A DNA stretch of 35,237 nucleotides from the NCBI GenBank assembly GCA_963733195.1, contig CAVTCR010000069.1, forward strand, positions 1 through 35,237. The letters run 5' to 3'. Under the pieces are notes generated by a model that saw only the letters and a program-made list of their open reading frames with translations, was not told where the DNA came from and ran no database searches. A program made the translations under genes and the position numbers. How positions within the stretch are numbered: the stretch's first letter is position 1; every line of letters begins with the position of its first letter. This document shows, piece by piece, positions 1 to 10,174 of the stretch. Source of the DNA: an uncultured delta proteobacterium (lineage in GTDB: Bacteria; Desulfobacterota; Binatia; Bin18).

Positions 1-81
1 TTGTCCGAAAAAGAAAAGAAGTGGATGTCCGGAAAGGTAACATTAAATGGACACCCTCTCTGACCCCCCTACCCTCTTCTC

Positions 82-1434
82 CTTTCAGGGGTAGGGTTTT
101 TAAGCTGCAAGGAGCATCTCAGGATTTCCTCTTAGTGTGTTAGGTTGAACAGCCTGCGGCCACGGCTCCGGTACAAAGCGGCCTAAGGGGAGGCGACGCT
201 GATTCAGCAGTGCCACCAGGATGGTGATCCAGCCCTGGCGAAAGACACTCACCAAGCGTAAGTGGGTCGCTCGCCGTGGCCGGGACGGGGGACAATCGGC
301 GTTCGCTAGCGGCAGCAGCGTACTCTCCGGAATCGTGTCCTCCGCCATGCCCCCAACACTGAGCAGCCACAACGTGGCCACGGCCACCGCTAACCACAGC
401 CGCGCGGCCCGCTGCGGATCCGTCATGCGCGTGCGCTGCCACTGCCAGCCGCCCCGTTTGGTGATCTTAAAGCCTTGCTCAATCCAGGCCCGCAGCCCAT
501 ACCAACACGCCTCCCCCGCACTGGGTGCCAGATCGGTAAGCAACAACCACGGATCGCGATAGCCCACGTCCCACCGTGCCAGCAGCGTACAATTGAGGCG
601 ACGGCGGGGGCCCTGAAACGCCGTGCCCGTGCCCGACCCACTGCGTGCCCGGCTGTGGCACCAACTCGCGCAGCGGTTGATAGTGGGCACTGGCCGCCGG
701 GCGAAACGTCCCGCCCGGTATTGATCCGTAACACCGGATGCCAGCCCAAGCGCACGATGCGCTGAAATAACCAGCGCGCATACAACCCCCGATCGGCTAA
801 GACGATCACAAAGTAGCGGCGCGGCACCACGGCCCGCACCTGGCGCAACATCCGCAGCCACTCCCCCCGCCACGCATGTTTCTCTGTGGCTGGTAACACC
901 GTCCACGCCACCGGAATCGCACAGCCCCGATACACTACGCTGACCACCAGCACCACAAACCGTTGCCCTAAGGTCGTCGCATCTACGGCTAAGGCCAGCT
1001 GGTGGCCCTCCCACCAACTCAAGACCCACCCCAACAACGGCGCAAAACACCGTCTCCACCGCCAGCTCTTGGCGCGGCTGGCCCCGTTTGGCTTTGGCTT
1101 CATAGCACCACTCCCGTAACTGTTGCCGCACGGTATTGGGCTTGCGGTCCAGGCCCTTGGCTAAAAACAGACTCACCGCAGTCAGCGCGCACGAGCGCGC
1201 CAGCACCATCCCCACACTCCATAAGGCTAACACCGTCGCTTGCGGTTTGCTCAAGTGCGGCAGGTGTCTAGTGACCTCTGCCGTCCATTGATAAACTGCG
1301 CTCGGGCAAGACATGGGCTTCCTCCGGCTTGCTGGAATGTGTGACAATATCCCAGTATGCCGTTCGGCAGCGGTCTTGCCATGCCCGTCCTTCTTCCGTC
1401 TCCATAGAACACTCCAAAACCCTACCCCTGAAAG
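82..1434 (-). mobile_element. IS4-like insertion sequence (1353 bp) with perfect 19-bp TIRs and 11-bp target-site duplication
   Basis: CTTTCAGGGGTAGGGTTTT (82-100) is the exact reverse complement of AAAACCCTACCCCTGAAAG (1416-1434). ACCCTCTTCTC flanks both ends (71-81 and 1435-1445). Encloses a DDE transposase. Confidence 0.92.
100..1314 (-). pseudogene. IS4-family DDE transposase, about three frameshifts (~1050, ~710, ~635)
   Basis: Starts MSCPSAVYQW at 1314. DDE motifs are spread over three frames: LALAVDATT, VLADRGLY and YGLRAWIEQGFKITK (Y-R-E-K-like signature). Stop codon overlaps the TIR. Confidence 0.85.
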
Positions 1435-1907
1435 ACCCTCTTCTCTCCGCCTCATTTTTTAAGGACGGCATCGCAACAAGCCCTAAAGGGCTCCTTGCTA
1501 TCGCCTCTCCCGCCAGAGCGCTGACTAGCCGTGCCCTAACGGGTAGTGAGGAAGAGAAAGCGAAAGAAGGACACGATATCCTATGCCGATTCAATGACCC
1601 CATTTCATGCTTCGGGCAAGGAGCTGTGTGTCACACAGTTAGCCGGACTTCACACCGCCCATACAATTCATCGACCCTTCCCCTATCTCCCTCATGCCTT
1701 CGTGACACAAGTATGATATCTCATAAGCAAGATCGTTTATCATGACTAGTGAGACATCGGGAATCACCATGTTGCACAAGCTCAAAGAATCTGATTGGAA
1801 GCTGCTGAGACACATGTTGTCGGTGACACTTGAGTGATTTTATCAGCGCATCCAGAGGGTTTTTACGATCAACCTCAAAGAAGGAATCCGTCCGGGGGAG
1901 GCTCGCC

Positions 1908-2504
1908 ATGCAAAAAAGACTGAAGACCTTCACTTATTGTCTGTGGAGCGTATCGCTGTTCCTGGGATTGGTCCCAGCCCTTGAGGCCACAATGGTAAGG
2001 CCGTTAAGCCTGCAGGAGGTGGCCGATCGCGCCGAGCGGATCTTTCTGGGGCAGGTCATAGAAGTGAGGGAAGGCGGGGATGAGTACGGAGCCCCTGTGA
2101 CTTATGTCACCTTTGCGGTTTCGCAGTCTTTAAAAGGGCAGGTGTCGCAGAAGCTCACGATTAAGCAGCTAGGAGGACGCTCTGGTGGAGGAAAAATCCT
2201 ACGTATCCCAGGGTTGCCGTTGTACAGAGAGGGAGAGGAGGTGGTCCTCTTCCTGCACGGGACAAGTGGTGGGGGGTTTACTAGCCCGGTGGGGCTTGGC
2301 CAGGGCAAGTATGCTGTCGTTCGTCAGGGCGCAAAGGCCTTGGTAATCAATGAGCTGAATAATATGGGTCTGAAGGGGCCGTCGCAGTCGTATGGGGAAG
2401 TCGCGCCCTCTATCCGTAGCCAAAAGCTTTCTGAGAGAGGAGGACCGATGGAGCTGAACGAATTTCTCTCAGCGGTGGAGCGATTGGTTCGCCCTTCCCG
2501 CTAA
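1908..2504 (+). CDS. Secreted 198-aa protein, possible OB-fold (TIMP/NTR-like) metalloprotease partner
   Basis: GGGGAGG RBS before ATG 1908. Signal peptide MQKRLK...GLVPALEA. Pattern AERIFLGQV..VTFAVSQSLKG..QLGG..GEEVVLFL. Ends 55 bp before the protease gene. Confidence 0.8.
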   Translation: MQKRLKTFTYCLWSVSLFLGLVPALEATMVRPLSLQEVADRAERIFLGQVIEVREGGDEYGAPVTYVTFAVSQSLKGQVSQKLTIKQLGGRSGGGKILRIPGLPLYREGEEVVLFLHGTSGGGFTSPVGLGQGKYAVVRQGAKALVINELNNMGLKGPSQSYGEVAPSIRSQKLSERGGPMELNEFLSAVERLVRPSR

Positions 2505-2559
2505 AACCGGGATTGCCCTTGGGGATTGTAACGGGCGGCAGCTTTCAGGAGGAGGGGGT

Positions 2560-5431
2560 ATGGCACGACAGGCTCTACGAAGAAGCATCGGGTTGGTAGC
2601 GGTGGGAATCTTATTGGGAACAGCTTATGCTGCAAGGGCTGCAGGTCCTCTGCTGGTCAATGGAGCAGGGGAGCCTTTGAAATGGGAGACTTCTGTCCCA
2701 GTGCCTTTTAGTCCGGATCAGGGGACCTTAGGAACGCTCACCAACGCCCTGGCTGGAATCTTGGTGACAGTCAACTTTGCCGCGTGGGAGGCCGTGCCTA
2801 CAAGCACGATCAGCTTTACCAATGCTGGCACCTTGCCTGTCGATGTGACAGTGGACAATATCTTTACGTTTCTGGGTGTCTGTGAAGGCGTAAGTCCCAT
2901 CATCTTTGACACCGATGGCAGCATCACTGATTTTCTCTTTGGTCCGGGGGCTGGAGACGTCATTTTGGGGTTCGCTGGCCCTGAGTGTGGCTTGTTTGTC
3001 CCGCCACGGATCACCGAGGCTATCGCGATCTTAAATGGCCGCGTTATTGATGGGGTGGGGCCGGCGGAGATTCACTGACTGATTTTGTCATGGCCTTTCG
3101 CCACGAGTTTGGTCATTTTGTTAATCTCGACCACACACAGCTGAATCTTGCTGAAGCGCTCGATGGCAACCCAAGCAACGACTTTGCCGTGCCCACCATG
3201 TTTCCCATTCTCATCAACGGCGCAGAGCAGCTCTCCCTACATAAGGACGATGAGATCTCTGTCTCCGTCCTCTACCCGGAGCCGACCTTTCTTGCTTCTA
3301 CTGGAGCGATCACTGGATTGATCCTTCCACCACCCGCTCCCCTTTCCGTTGGAGGCACTCCCTTCCAGGGGGCTAATGTCATTGCCCGTAATGTGGGGAA
3401 CCCACTCGTGGATGCTACCTCTAATGTTTCTGGGGCCCGGTTCTTTCCCCTCAACCCCGGGGGGCCTCCTCCTGCTACGCTGCAGGGGCTCTATGAACTC
3501 TTTGGTCTCACTTCTGGAGCCAGCTATACGGTAGAGATCGAGGAGATTGCGCCCTTCTTTACCGAAGGCTCCTCCGTCGGTCCCTTGGACCCTCCGGCGA
3601 TTCTGCCTGGGCCACCGGAGTTCTGGAATGATGGTAACGAGGCTGCGTCTGATCCGCCCGACAATCCCACAGAGGCTACTCCAATAACAGTAGCAGCCGG
3701 TGTCCCGGTGACCGGCATAGATATCCTCATGAATCGGCCCCCTAACGATGAGTGCACGACAGCCACAGTGATCCCGGCTTTGCCCTTTACCGACACTATC
3801 AATACCAACGGTGCCACTACTGGACCAGAGGATAGTTCTCAGACGTGTGGCTCCCCCCCGAATAGTAACAGTGTCTGGTATACCTTGACTGCCCCGGCCG
3901 ATGGCACGGTGGTGGCTAACACTCTGGGGAGCAGCTATGACACGGTGCTGAGTGCGTATACAGGCACCTGTGGGGCGCTCACCGAGGTCGCGTGCAACGA
4001 TGATGCTACGGGGGTGCAGTCAGGGATCTCTCTCCCGGTGACAGCCGGGCAAGCCGTGCTCTTGGAGGTCACAGACTTTGATCCTGCCCCCGGCGGGGGA
4101 ACACTCGTCCTGAACGTTAACTTTACCCGAGCCCTACCATCCGGGACCGACCCGCGCACCGTTCTCCACGTCGGCGACCGGTGGCTTGGGCGGGATTGTC
4201 GCTTTTGCTGATCTAGATGGGAATCTTGTGGCCGATGCGCAGGCCATGCTCAGCGCACCTGGGAGTCCGGCGGGGAATCCTGGGTTTACTCCCGCCGAGT
4301 TGGATGTGAACGGGAAGGGGGAGGTTATTGGCAGCGACACCTTCTCTGATAGTATTTTCACCTTCACCGACCCTGATGGTGACTTTGTGGCCAATGCCTT
4401 CAGCAGTTTTTCCTCCGGGCTGATCAGTGATGGCGACGGTATGCGTTTCAGAAGAAGCGACGGCGTGCTCTTTGTGTCTGATGCCTCCTCCGGCGGGACC
4501 ATTGCAGCCTTTAGAGATACTAACGGGGACAATGTCCCGGATGTCTCCACGATCTTTGCCCCGGCACCAGGCACCCTCGATCCCGCCTCTGGGATCTCCC
4601 TCGATTTTGATTCTACTGGGAACGTCTTCGTCGTCGATGTCTCTGGCGGGGCTATATTAACCTTCAGTGATAGTAATGGGGATCTCGTGGCCGACAGCTC
4701 CACGGTCTTTTCCGATGCCGTGCCAGGTGCGGTGGCGCTCAAGATCGACTCTGCGGGGAGGGTGTTTGTGGTGGATGCTTTTTCAGGATCGATCGTGGTC
4801 TTGGAGGATACCAATGGGGATTTGGTCGCCGACGAAACCACCACTTTTGCAACCGGGCTGCTGATTCGTTTCGACCCATCGAATGGCATCACCTTTGATG
4901 CCAGCGGGAACGTCTATGTGATTAACAACGCCACCACGATTCTCGTCTTTACGGATACGAACGGCGACCGCGTGGCGGACGGTCCTGCGGTCACGTACGC
5001 CACAGTTGTTGGACCTGCTGCAGGGCTCACTTTCGGAACGGCCCCTCTCCCAGTCGTCACCGAATTTGAAGGCGATACGGAAAAGTTAGGGACCAATCAC
5101 GCTAAAGTCGCTTTTGCGGGAACGTTCACTTTTGCCGGGACCATTGGGAATCTGAGCACCTCTACCATGAGGGTTGATAGCCTGCTCGACGAAGTAGGAG
5201 GAGGAGCTAGCGAGTTGGTCAAAGAAGTCAGCGGGGAAGACCTCCTCCCCCTTCCCCCCTCTACACAGCGGGGCAGAAACAAATGAGGTCATCTTCCAAA
5301 CCCCTGATAAGGTGCGCTCGAAGGTTCGAGCGGAGATCAAAAATCAAGGTGAGGAGGTATTTACTCTTCGGGTTGCGGTTGAATCCGCAACCATCGTGCC
5401 ACCTCGAATGATGGCGTCAATCTGCCTGTAG
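2560..5431 (+). CDS. Large secreted multidomain metzincin (matrixin/M10-like) with PPNDEC-type module and NHL-like DxNGD repeats; split by frameshifts at ~3072, ~4180 and ~5260
   Basis: Strong RBS and signal peptide ending AARA. Zinc motif HEFGHFVNLDH (HExxHxx[G/N]xxH) and Met-turn PTMFP. PPNDEC...SVWY..YDTVL..CNDD module. Repeated DTNGD/DSNGD units with FDxxGNVYV. Single-base corrections join ORFs 2560-3078, 3090-4211 and 4186-5286 and a tail (ETNEVIFQTPDKVRSKVRAEIK...) ending TAG 5431. Confidence 0.8.
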
Positions 5432-5686
5432 AGGTTGCAACTGTGCAAGTCTGGCTATGCATCACTGACCGTAGGAGCAAGAAGCCGCGCGAACTCATAG
5501 TATGGTGATGTGTGGGCAAAATGAAATACGAACTGAACACAGCCACTGTTATAGAGTGATAGGAACGTTGCTTGAGCCGACCGCAGTAGAAGGGCGTGGA
5601 GCGGGCAGGAAATAGGGTCGGGTCTTGAATATCAGTAAAGTAGGAGGAGTGAAAGCGAAGTGCTGGCCACCAATCAGAGCTGTGGG

Positions 5687-5749
5687 GTCTAACAACCAGT
5701 TGGAGTCCGAGGCTCGCTACGCTCGCGCGGCTGACGCTGCACGTTAAAC
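5687..5749 (+). other. Solitary, degenerate integron attC-like recombination site (63 bp)
   Basis: Begins with RYYYAAC (GTCTAAC 5687-5693) and ends with GTTRRRY (GTTAAAC 5743-5749). Length is typical. Centre CCGAGGCTCGCTACGCTCGCGCGGCT resembles attC central regions. L-box pairing is imperfect. Confidence 0.55.
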
Positions 5750-5841
5750 TTCGACGATTTTTCTAGAAGAGGAGAGTATCTCAAGATTTTCCGGGCTGTG
5801 CGATAACCATTTGTTTTATATCTCTTCGTTATCTTTCTCTA

Positions 5842-5868
5842 TTGGCCGGGCATAAGAAACCCGGCCAA
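5842..5868. terminator. GC-rich hairpin just downstream of the minus-strand LLM fragment; possible terminator
   Basis: TTGGCCGGG-(9 nt)-CCCGGCCAA perfect 9-bp stem. No clear U-tract. Confidence 0.4.
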
Positions 5869-5884
5869 CAATCGGTTGCGAGGG

Positions 5885-6346
5885 TTAGGCGGCTGCAGCA
5901 AGCATGGGCTGGGGATACAGCTCTTTCAAGGCTGGCATGACCTCCCGAGCGAACAGGCGCATGCTCTTTTCGGCTCTCTCCATCGGCATCCCACCATACT
6001 TAAAAATAAACATGATCTCCGACGTCCCGAACGCTTCGGCCAGCCGCTTGGTCTTGGCAATCACCTGGTCAGGGGTTCCCCAGGGATGCTCCCTGACGAA
6101 CGCGCGGCGGAAAATGTCGACGTCTTTGTGGAGCGCCTCGGTCATGGCACCGTAGGATTCATACCCATGAATGCCGCCGAGATGGCCCCTGAGCAACTCG
6201 TAATGTCGAAGTGCTGAGTCAGCATATTCAACCATATACTGCTCGGCACCAGCACGGGCTTCACTCTCTGTTTCGGCGCAATAAGTCCACAGCGCTAACT
6301 TCGTATCTGACGGTGCGTACCCGGCCTGACAGCGAAGCTGCATGTA
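5885..6346 (-). pseudogene. C-terminal fragment of an LLM-class flavin-dependent oxidoreductase
   Basis: YCAETESEARA..WGTPDQVI..SMRLFAREVMPAL is the LLM C-terminal half. The N-terminal ~200 aa are missing, and the upstream gene ends at 6390. Confidence 0.78.
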
Positions 6347-6389
6347 ACTGCGCGCATTCAGCAGGGCGTTCTCTAGAGAGGACCACCCT

Positions 6390-6782
6390 TTACCAGATTG
6401 ATCGTACCAACTCAGTATCGAGGTACGCTGTCCCTCGGATGATTCTGCCGTTTTCGATCTGCACGACATAGCAGTAGCTATTGTTATACGGCTTGCCGCT
6501 TTTCGTTGTTCCTTTGCCTATCCACTGAATGACAACAGTGTTTCCCTCGGCAATAAGATTTATCACTGTCGGTGTCGGAGGTCCGGCAAGCTTCGCACGT
6601 TGCGGTTTGAGCGCGTCCTCAATTAACCGTTGTCGGCCCACATAGGTCCCTGAAATTGGGCAGCTGCCAAGAACCGTCCAGGAAGCATCCTCAGCCAAGA
6701 GGTTAAAGAAGGCCATACCGTCGCCGTTTGCCCAGGCTGCAAAGGCTTCCTGAACGAGTTTTTTGTTCTCCGCTGTGTTCAT
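6390..6782 (-). CDS. SnoaL-like / NTF2-family protein
   Basis: MNTAENKKLVQEAFAAW..LAEDASWTV..IAEGNTVV..GKPYNNSYC..YLDT. GAGG RBS before ATG 6782. Confidence 0.88.
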   Translation of the reverse strand: MNTAENKKLVQEAFAAWANGDGMAFFNLLAEDASWTVLGSCPISGTYVGRQRLIEDALKPQRAKLAGPPTPTVINLIAEGNTVVIQWIGKGTTKSGKPYNNSYCYVVQIENGRIIRGTAYLDTELVRSIW

Positions 6783-6821
6783 TAGAGTGTTGGCCTCTCG
6801 TTTCACGGCGGAGGGATCTCT

Positions 6822-8450
6822 TTATTGCAGTGCAAACCCTTCATAGCCCTTAGCCGCGACCTCTTCACACTTTTGCCGATAGGCTGGCGCCGTATTGGCA
6901 TAGAGGAGAATAGCGCGTTTCTTACCGGGAATATTCGACCCCATAAACCAGGATTTGGCGTCGCTCAGGAGCGTGAGGGAGCCTAGCTCGTTGGCATGCT
7001 CCACCCACGCCTCTTCAGCTTGCGGTGTGGGCGCAATGCGTTTCAAGCCCTTCTCGCGCATATAGCGGATGCAATCGGTGATCCACTCCACAATCGACTC
7101 GGCGCAGACGGTGTAGTTGCAGAACGCAGCGTTCGTGGCGATGAAGAAATTCGGGAAGCCCGCGGTTTGCAGCCCCAGGTACGTGCTGAGCCCCTTATTG
7201 GCCCACTTGTCCTTGAGCGTCTGCCCGCCTTCGCCGCGAATATCCATCGAGGTCAACGCCCCGGTGATGGCGTCAAACCCCGTGGCGTAGATGATGACGT
7301 CAAACTCGTACTCCTTGCCACTCGTCTTGATGCCTTTGGGGGTGATGGCTTCGATCGGCGTCTCACGCACGTCCACCAGTAAGACGTTATCCTGGTTGTA
7401 CGCCTCGTAATACTCGGTCTCTAAAGGGATGCGTTTGGAGCCGAACGGATGGTCCTTAGGGCAGAGCTTTTCCGCCACCACGGGATCCTTGACGCGCGCG
7501 CGGATCTTATTGCGGACGAATTCGGCGAAGTCCTCGTTCGCCTCCCGGCTCGTCATGATATCGTGGAAATTGGCCAACCATTTCGAGAAGCCGGGTTGCG
7601 CCCACAATTCTTCGTACCGCGCCAACCGCTCTTCCTTGGGGACGTCGAAAGTATTCCGCGGATCGAAATCGTGCATAAAGGCGGCAGGCGTTTCACGAAC
7701 GCGTTTGTGAATGTTGTCGTAGCTGGCCTTCCACTGATTCTGGGTCTCCGGGGAAACCAGCCCATTGCGCAACGGTGCACAGTAATTCGGCGTACGTTGG
7801 AAGACAGTGAGATGACCCGCTTCTTTGGCCACGATCGGGATGAGCTGCACGGCGGTGGCGCCGGTGCCGATGCACGCTACGCGCTTACCGGTGAAGTCCA
7901 CTTTTTCCTTCGGCCAGCGCGAGGTGTGAAACGACTGGCCCTTAAAGCTGTCGATACCTGGAAATGGAGGCGTATAACGAGCGGACAAGATGCCAGCCGC
8001 CGAGACGACAAATTGCGCCCGGGCGCGCTGACCATTCTCTAACTGGACGTCCCAGCGATTCGCCTTCTCATCGTAGACCGCTGATTTCACCCGCGAATTG
8101 AACTGGATGTTGGGGCGCAAGTTAAACTTGTCTGCTACAAAATTCAGGTACTGCTCGTTCTCCGGCTGGCCCGAGAAATGCTCCTTCCAGTTCCATTCCT
8201 GCAACAATTCCTTCGACCACGAATAGCCGTAGGTCTCACTTTCGGAATCAAAGCGACAGCCTGGGTAACGATTCCAATACCAGGTGCCGCCCACTCCGCT
8301 GCCATCTTCAAAGCAGCGCACTGAGAGCCCGAGCTCCCGGAGGCGGTACAGTTGATACAATCCGGACACTCCAGCACCGATGACGATCGCGTCAAATTGT
8401 TCGACCGTCCCAGTATTCGCTGTCGGTGCTTGTTGTTGCACATTCGCCAT
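6822..8450 (-). CDS. Type I Baeyer-Villiger monooxygenase (cyclohexanone/phenylacetone monooxygenase-like)
   Basis: GAGVSG (FAD), GGTWYWNRYPG, BVMO fingerprint FKGQSFHTSRWP (FxGxxxHxxxWP), IGTGATAVQ (NADPH), ATGF. AAGGAGG RBS. Confidence 0.95.
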   Translation of the reverse strand: MANVQQQAPTANTGTVEQFDAIVIGAGVSGLYQLYRLRELGLSVRCFEDGSGVGGTWYWNRYPGCRFDSESETYGYSWSKELLQEWNWKEHFSGQPENEQYLNFVADKFNLRPNIQFNSRVKSAVYDEKANRWDVQLENGQRARAQFVVSAAGILSARYTPPFPGIDSFKGQSFHTSRWPKEKVDFTGKRVACIGTGATAVQLIPIVAKEAGHLTVFQRTPNYCAPLRNGLVSPETQNQWKASYDNIHKRVRETPAAFMHDFDPRNTFDVPKEERLARYEELWAQPGFSKWLANFHDIMTSREANEDFAEFVRNKIRARVKDPVVAEKLCPKDHPFGSKRIPLETEYYEAYNQDNVLLVDVRETPIEAITPKGIKTSGKEYEFDVIIYATGFDAITGALTSMDIRGEGGQTLKDKWANKGLSTYLGLQTAGFPNFFIATNAAFCNYTVCAESIVEWITDCIRYMREKGLKRIAPTPQAEEAWVEHANELGSLTLLSDAKSWFMGSNIPGKKRAILLYANTAPAYRQKCEEVAAKGYEGFALQ

Positions 8451-8661
8451 GTCGTTCCTCCTTATATATATCTAAATAAAATTTTTTACAGGCTGCCCTG
8501 TTACTAGCTGAAAATGGTACACAAGTGCAAGACTTCGCGGCAGCGACATTCGCTCTATTCTCAGGTAACCTTACCTATTGCGGAAAACGACGTCGCCTGG
8601 CTCCCCTGTCCTCATACCCAGGCTCTGCCTGGGTATGAGCAGCTGCCATTTTTCAGGGGAC

Positions 8662-9787
8662 TTACGCTAACGCAATCCCGTAGAGCTGCGCTGCATTGGC
8701 ACACAAAATTTTGTGCTTGGTCCTCCTCGGATACTTCGGCGAAGTGCTGTTTGATGACCGATTGCGAGTGAGGCCAGGTCGATTCCACATGGGGGTAATC
8801 AGACGCCCACAGGAGGTTGTCTGCATCCAGAAACCGGCAGGTTGCGAGACCTACCGGGTCATCTTGGAACGTCGCGTAGACTTGGCGCTTAAAATACTCG
8901 CTCGGTGGCATCCGCAACGGCGTAGGTTCAGATTGATGAAACCGCTCATAGGCCCGATCCAGCCGCCGCAGGAAATAAGCGATCCAGCCAATGTCATGCT
9001 CGGTCGAAAGCACCTTGAGACCAGGAAACCGCTCTAGCATCCCGGAGAAGAGAATCGTGGTCAGCGTCTGCTGGATCGCCTCCAGAATGCCCATGTACAT
9101 GGCATAGGGGTTACGCGTAGTGACGATATTCTGCTTGCCGGTAGCCAGGTGCAGACTGAGCGGCATATTCAAGTCCTGCGCCGCGGCCCAGAACGGCTCA
9201 TAGACTGGGTTATCATACTGTTTCTCAGCCTCTGGTGAGACCGAGATCATAGCTCCTTTGAGCCCTTTCTTTGCACAGCGCTCCAACTCCTGCACCGCCT
9301 CCTCGATGTCCTCCAGCGAGATCAGCGCTAAGCCAATGAGGCGTTGGGGATTATGACTACAGAAGTCTGCCAGCCAGTCGTTGTAGGCGCGAAACAGCGC
9401 CTGCTGCAAGGCCAGATCCTCAAGAGAAAAAAACATCAGAGCGGAGGTTGCATACAGCACTTCAGCTGCCACACCATCAAGCTCCTGATCCTTAATTCGC
9501 TCGATCGGGTCCCAGCCTCCAGGACGCGCCTTGGCATAGCCAACACGCTCGCGCGCGTGAGCGGATTGCGGATAAGGAGGGATCTCGTGTAGAGGTTTAT
9601 TGGCTGGAAAGCCACCATACACCGGTCGCAGTAATCGACCTTCGCAGATGAGAAACTCTCCGGTTTTGCCCTTCCACTCGTTGACCACCTGCGGTGCACG
9701 ATCACGGAAGACCCGGTCAACACGCTCCGCCCACAATCCGGGCGGTTCCATGATATGAGAATCGGCAGAGATAATCTTTGTGATCAT
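8662..9787 (-). CDS. Amidohydrolase family 2 protein; one extra base near 8720 alters the C-terminus in the ORF track
   Basis: ISADSHIMEPP, LSLHL, WASDYPHVESTWP motifs. The shifted frame gives the canonical end KHKILCANAAQLYGIALA* with stop at 8662. Confidence 0.88.
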
Positions 9788-9799
9788 GGCTTTCTTCCT

Positions 9800-10054
9800 T
9801 TATTCTTTCTGGTTCATCGCGCCGACATACGCACGCATGTCCTTCCCAGTAGCCATCGAGTACACGAGCAGCAGCAGCGGGTTGGCTCCCATGTCGTAAA
9901 GTTTGCGCACCTGCCAACCCTTGAGCGCTTCCCGTTCATCTGGCGTAAGGTCGTACTGGTGCAACACCACGTCCGGCTCAGTCTGGCAGCGCTGCGCGAG
10001 GTCAGCGCTGCAGTTGACGTCACGTAACAATTTGTTCACTTGATAGAGACTCAT
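9800..10054 (-). CDS. ligA: LigA-like small (alpha) subunit of a class III extradiol ring-cleavage dioxygenase
   Basis: 84 aa: MSLYQVNKLL..YDLTPDEREAL..LYDMGANPLLL, typical of the LigA family. GGAGG RBS. First gene of the minus-strand run. Confidence 0.72.
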   Translation of the reverse strand: MSLYQVNKLLRDVNCSADLAQRCQTEPDVVLHQYDLTPDEREALKGWQVRKLYDMGANPLLLLVYSMATGKDMRAYVGAMNQKE

Positions 10055-10109
10055 ACTGTACCCTCCACGCTCGTGCGATCTGATTTAGACCCTAAGCCAT
10101 ACCAAATGG

Positions 10110-10174
10110 GAATGCAAATATCACGTGGTCTTTAACCCCAAAGGGCGACAGAATGCGAATATCACGTGATCTTT
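10110..10174. promoter_or_regulatory. Two 24-bp direct repeats, 41 bp apart, upstream of ligA; candidate operator pair
   Basis: GAATGCAAATATCACGTGGTCTTT (10110-10133) vs GAATGCGAATATCACGTGATCTTT (10151-10174), 22/24 identical. The second copy contains the palindrome ATCACGTGAT. Confidence 0.5.

Noticed and set aside
1268-1933. ORFs 1329-1745, 1268-1603 and 1721-1933, and the many long antisense ORFs elsewhere
   Set aside because: They cross IS boundaries or shadow well-supported genes on the opposite strand and lack motifs.
3060-4200. Programmed frameshifting or phase variation in the protease
   Set aside because: The sites are short runs without slippery heptamers, and similar indels occur throughout the window; sequencing error is more parsimonious.
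5610-5632. ATAGGGTCGGGTCTTGAATAT as a RAYT-associated repeat end
   Set aside because: Single short copy with no partner and no tyrosine transposase in the window.
5885-6469. 194-aa ORF as an intact novel protein
   Set aside because: The first ~40 aa are read-through of the SnoaL 3' end and spacer; the rest is an LLM C-terminal fragment.
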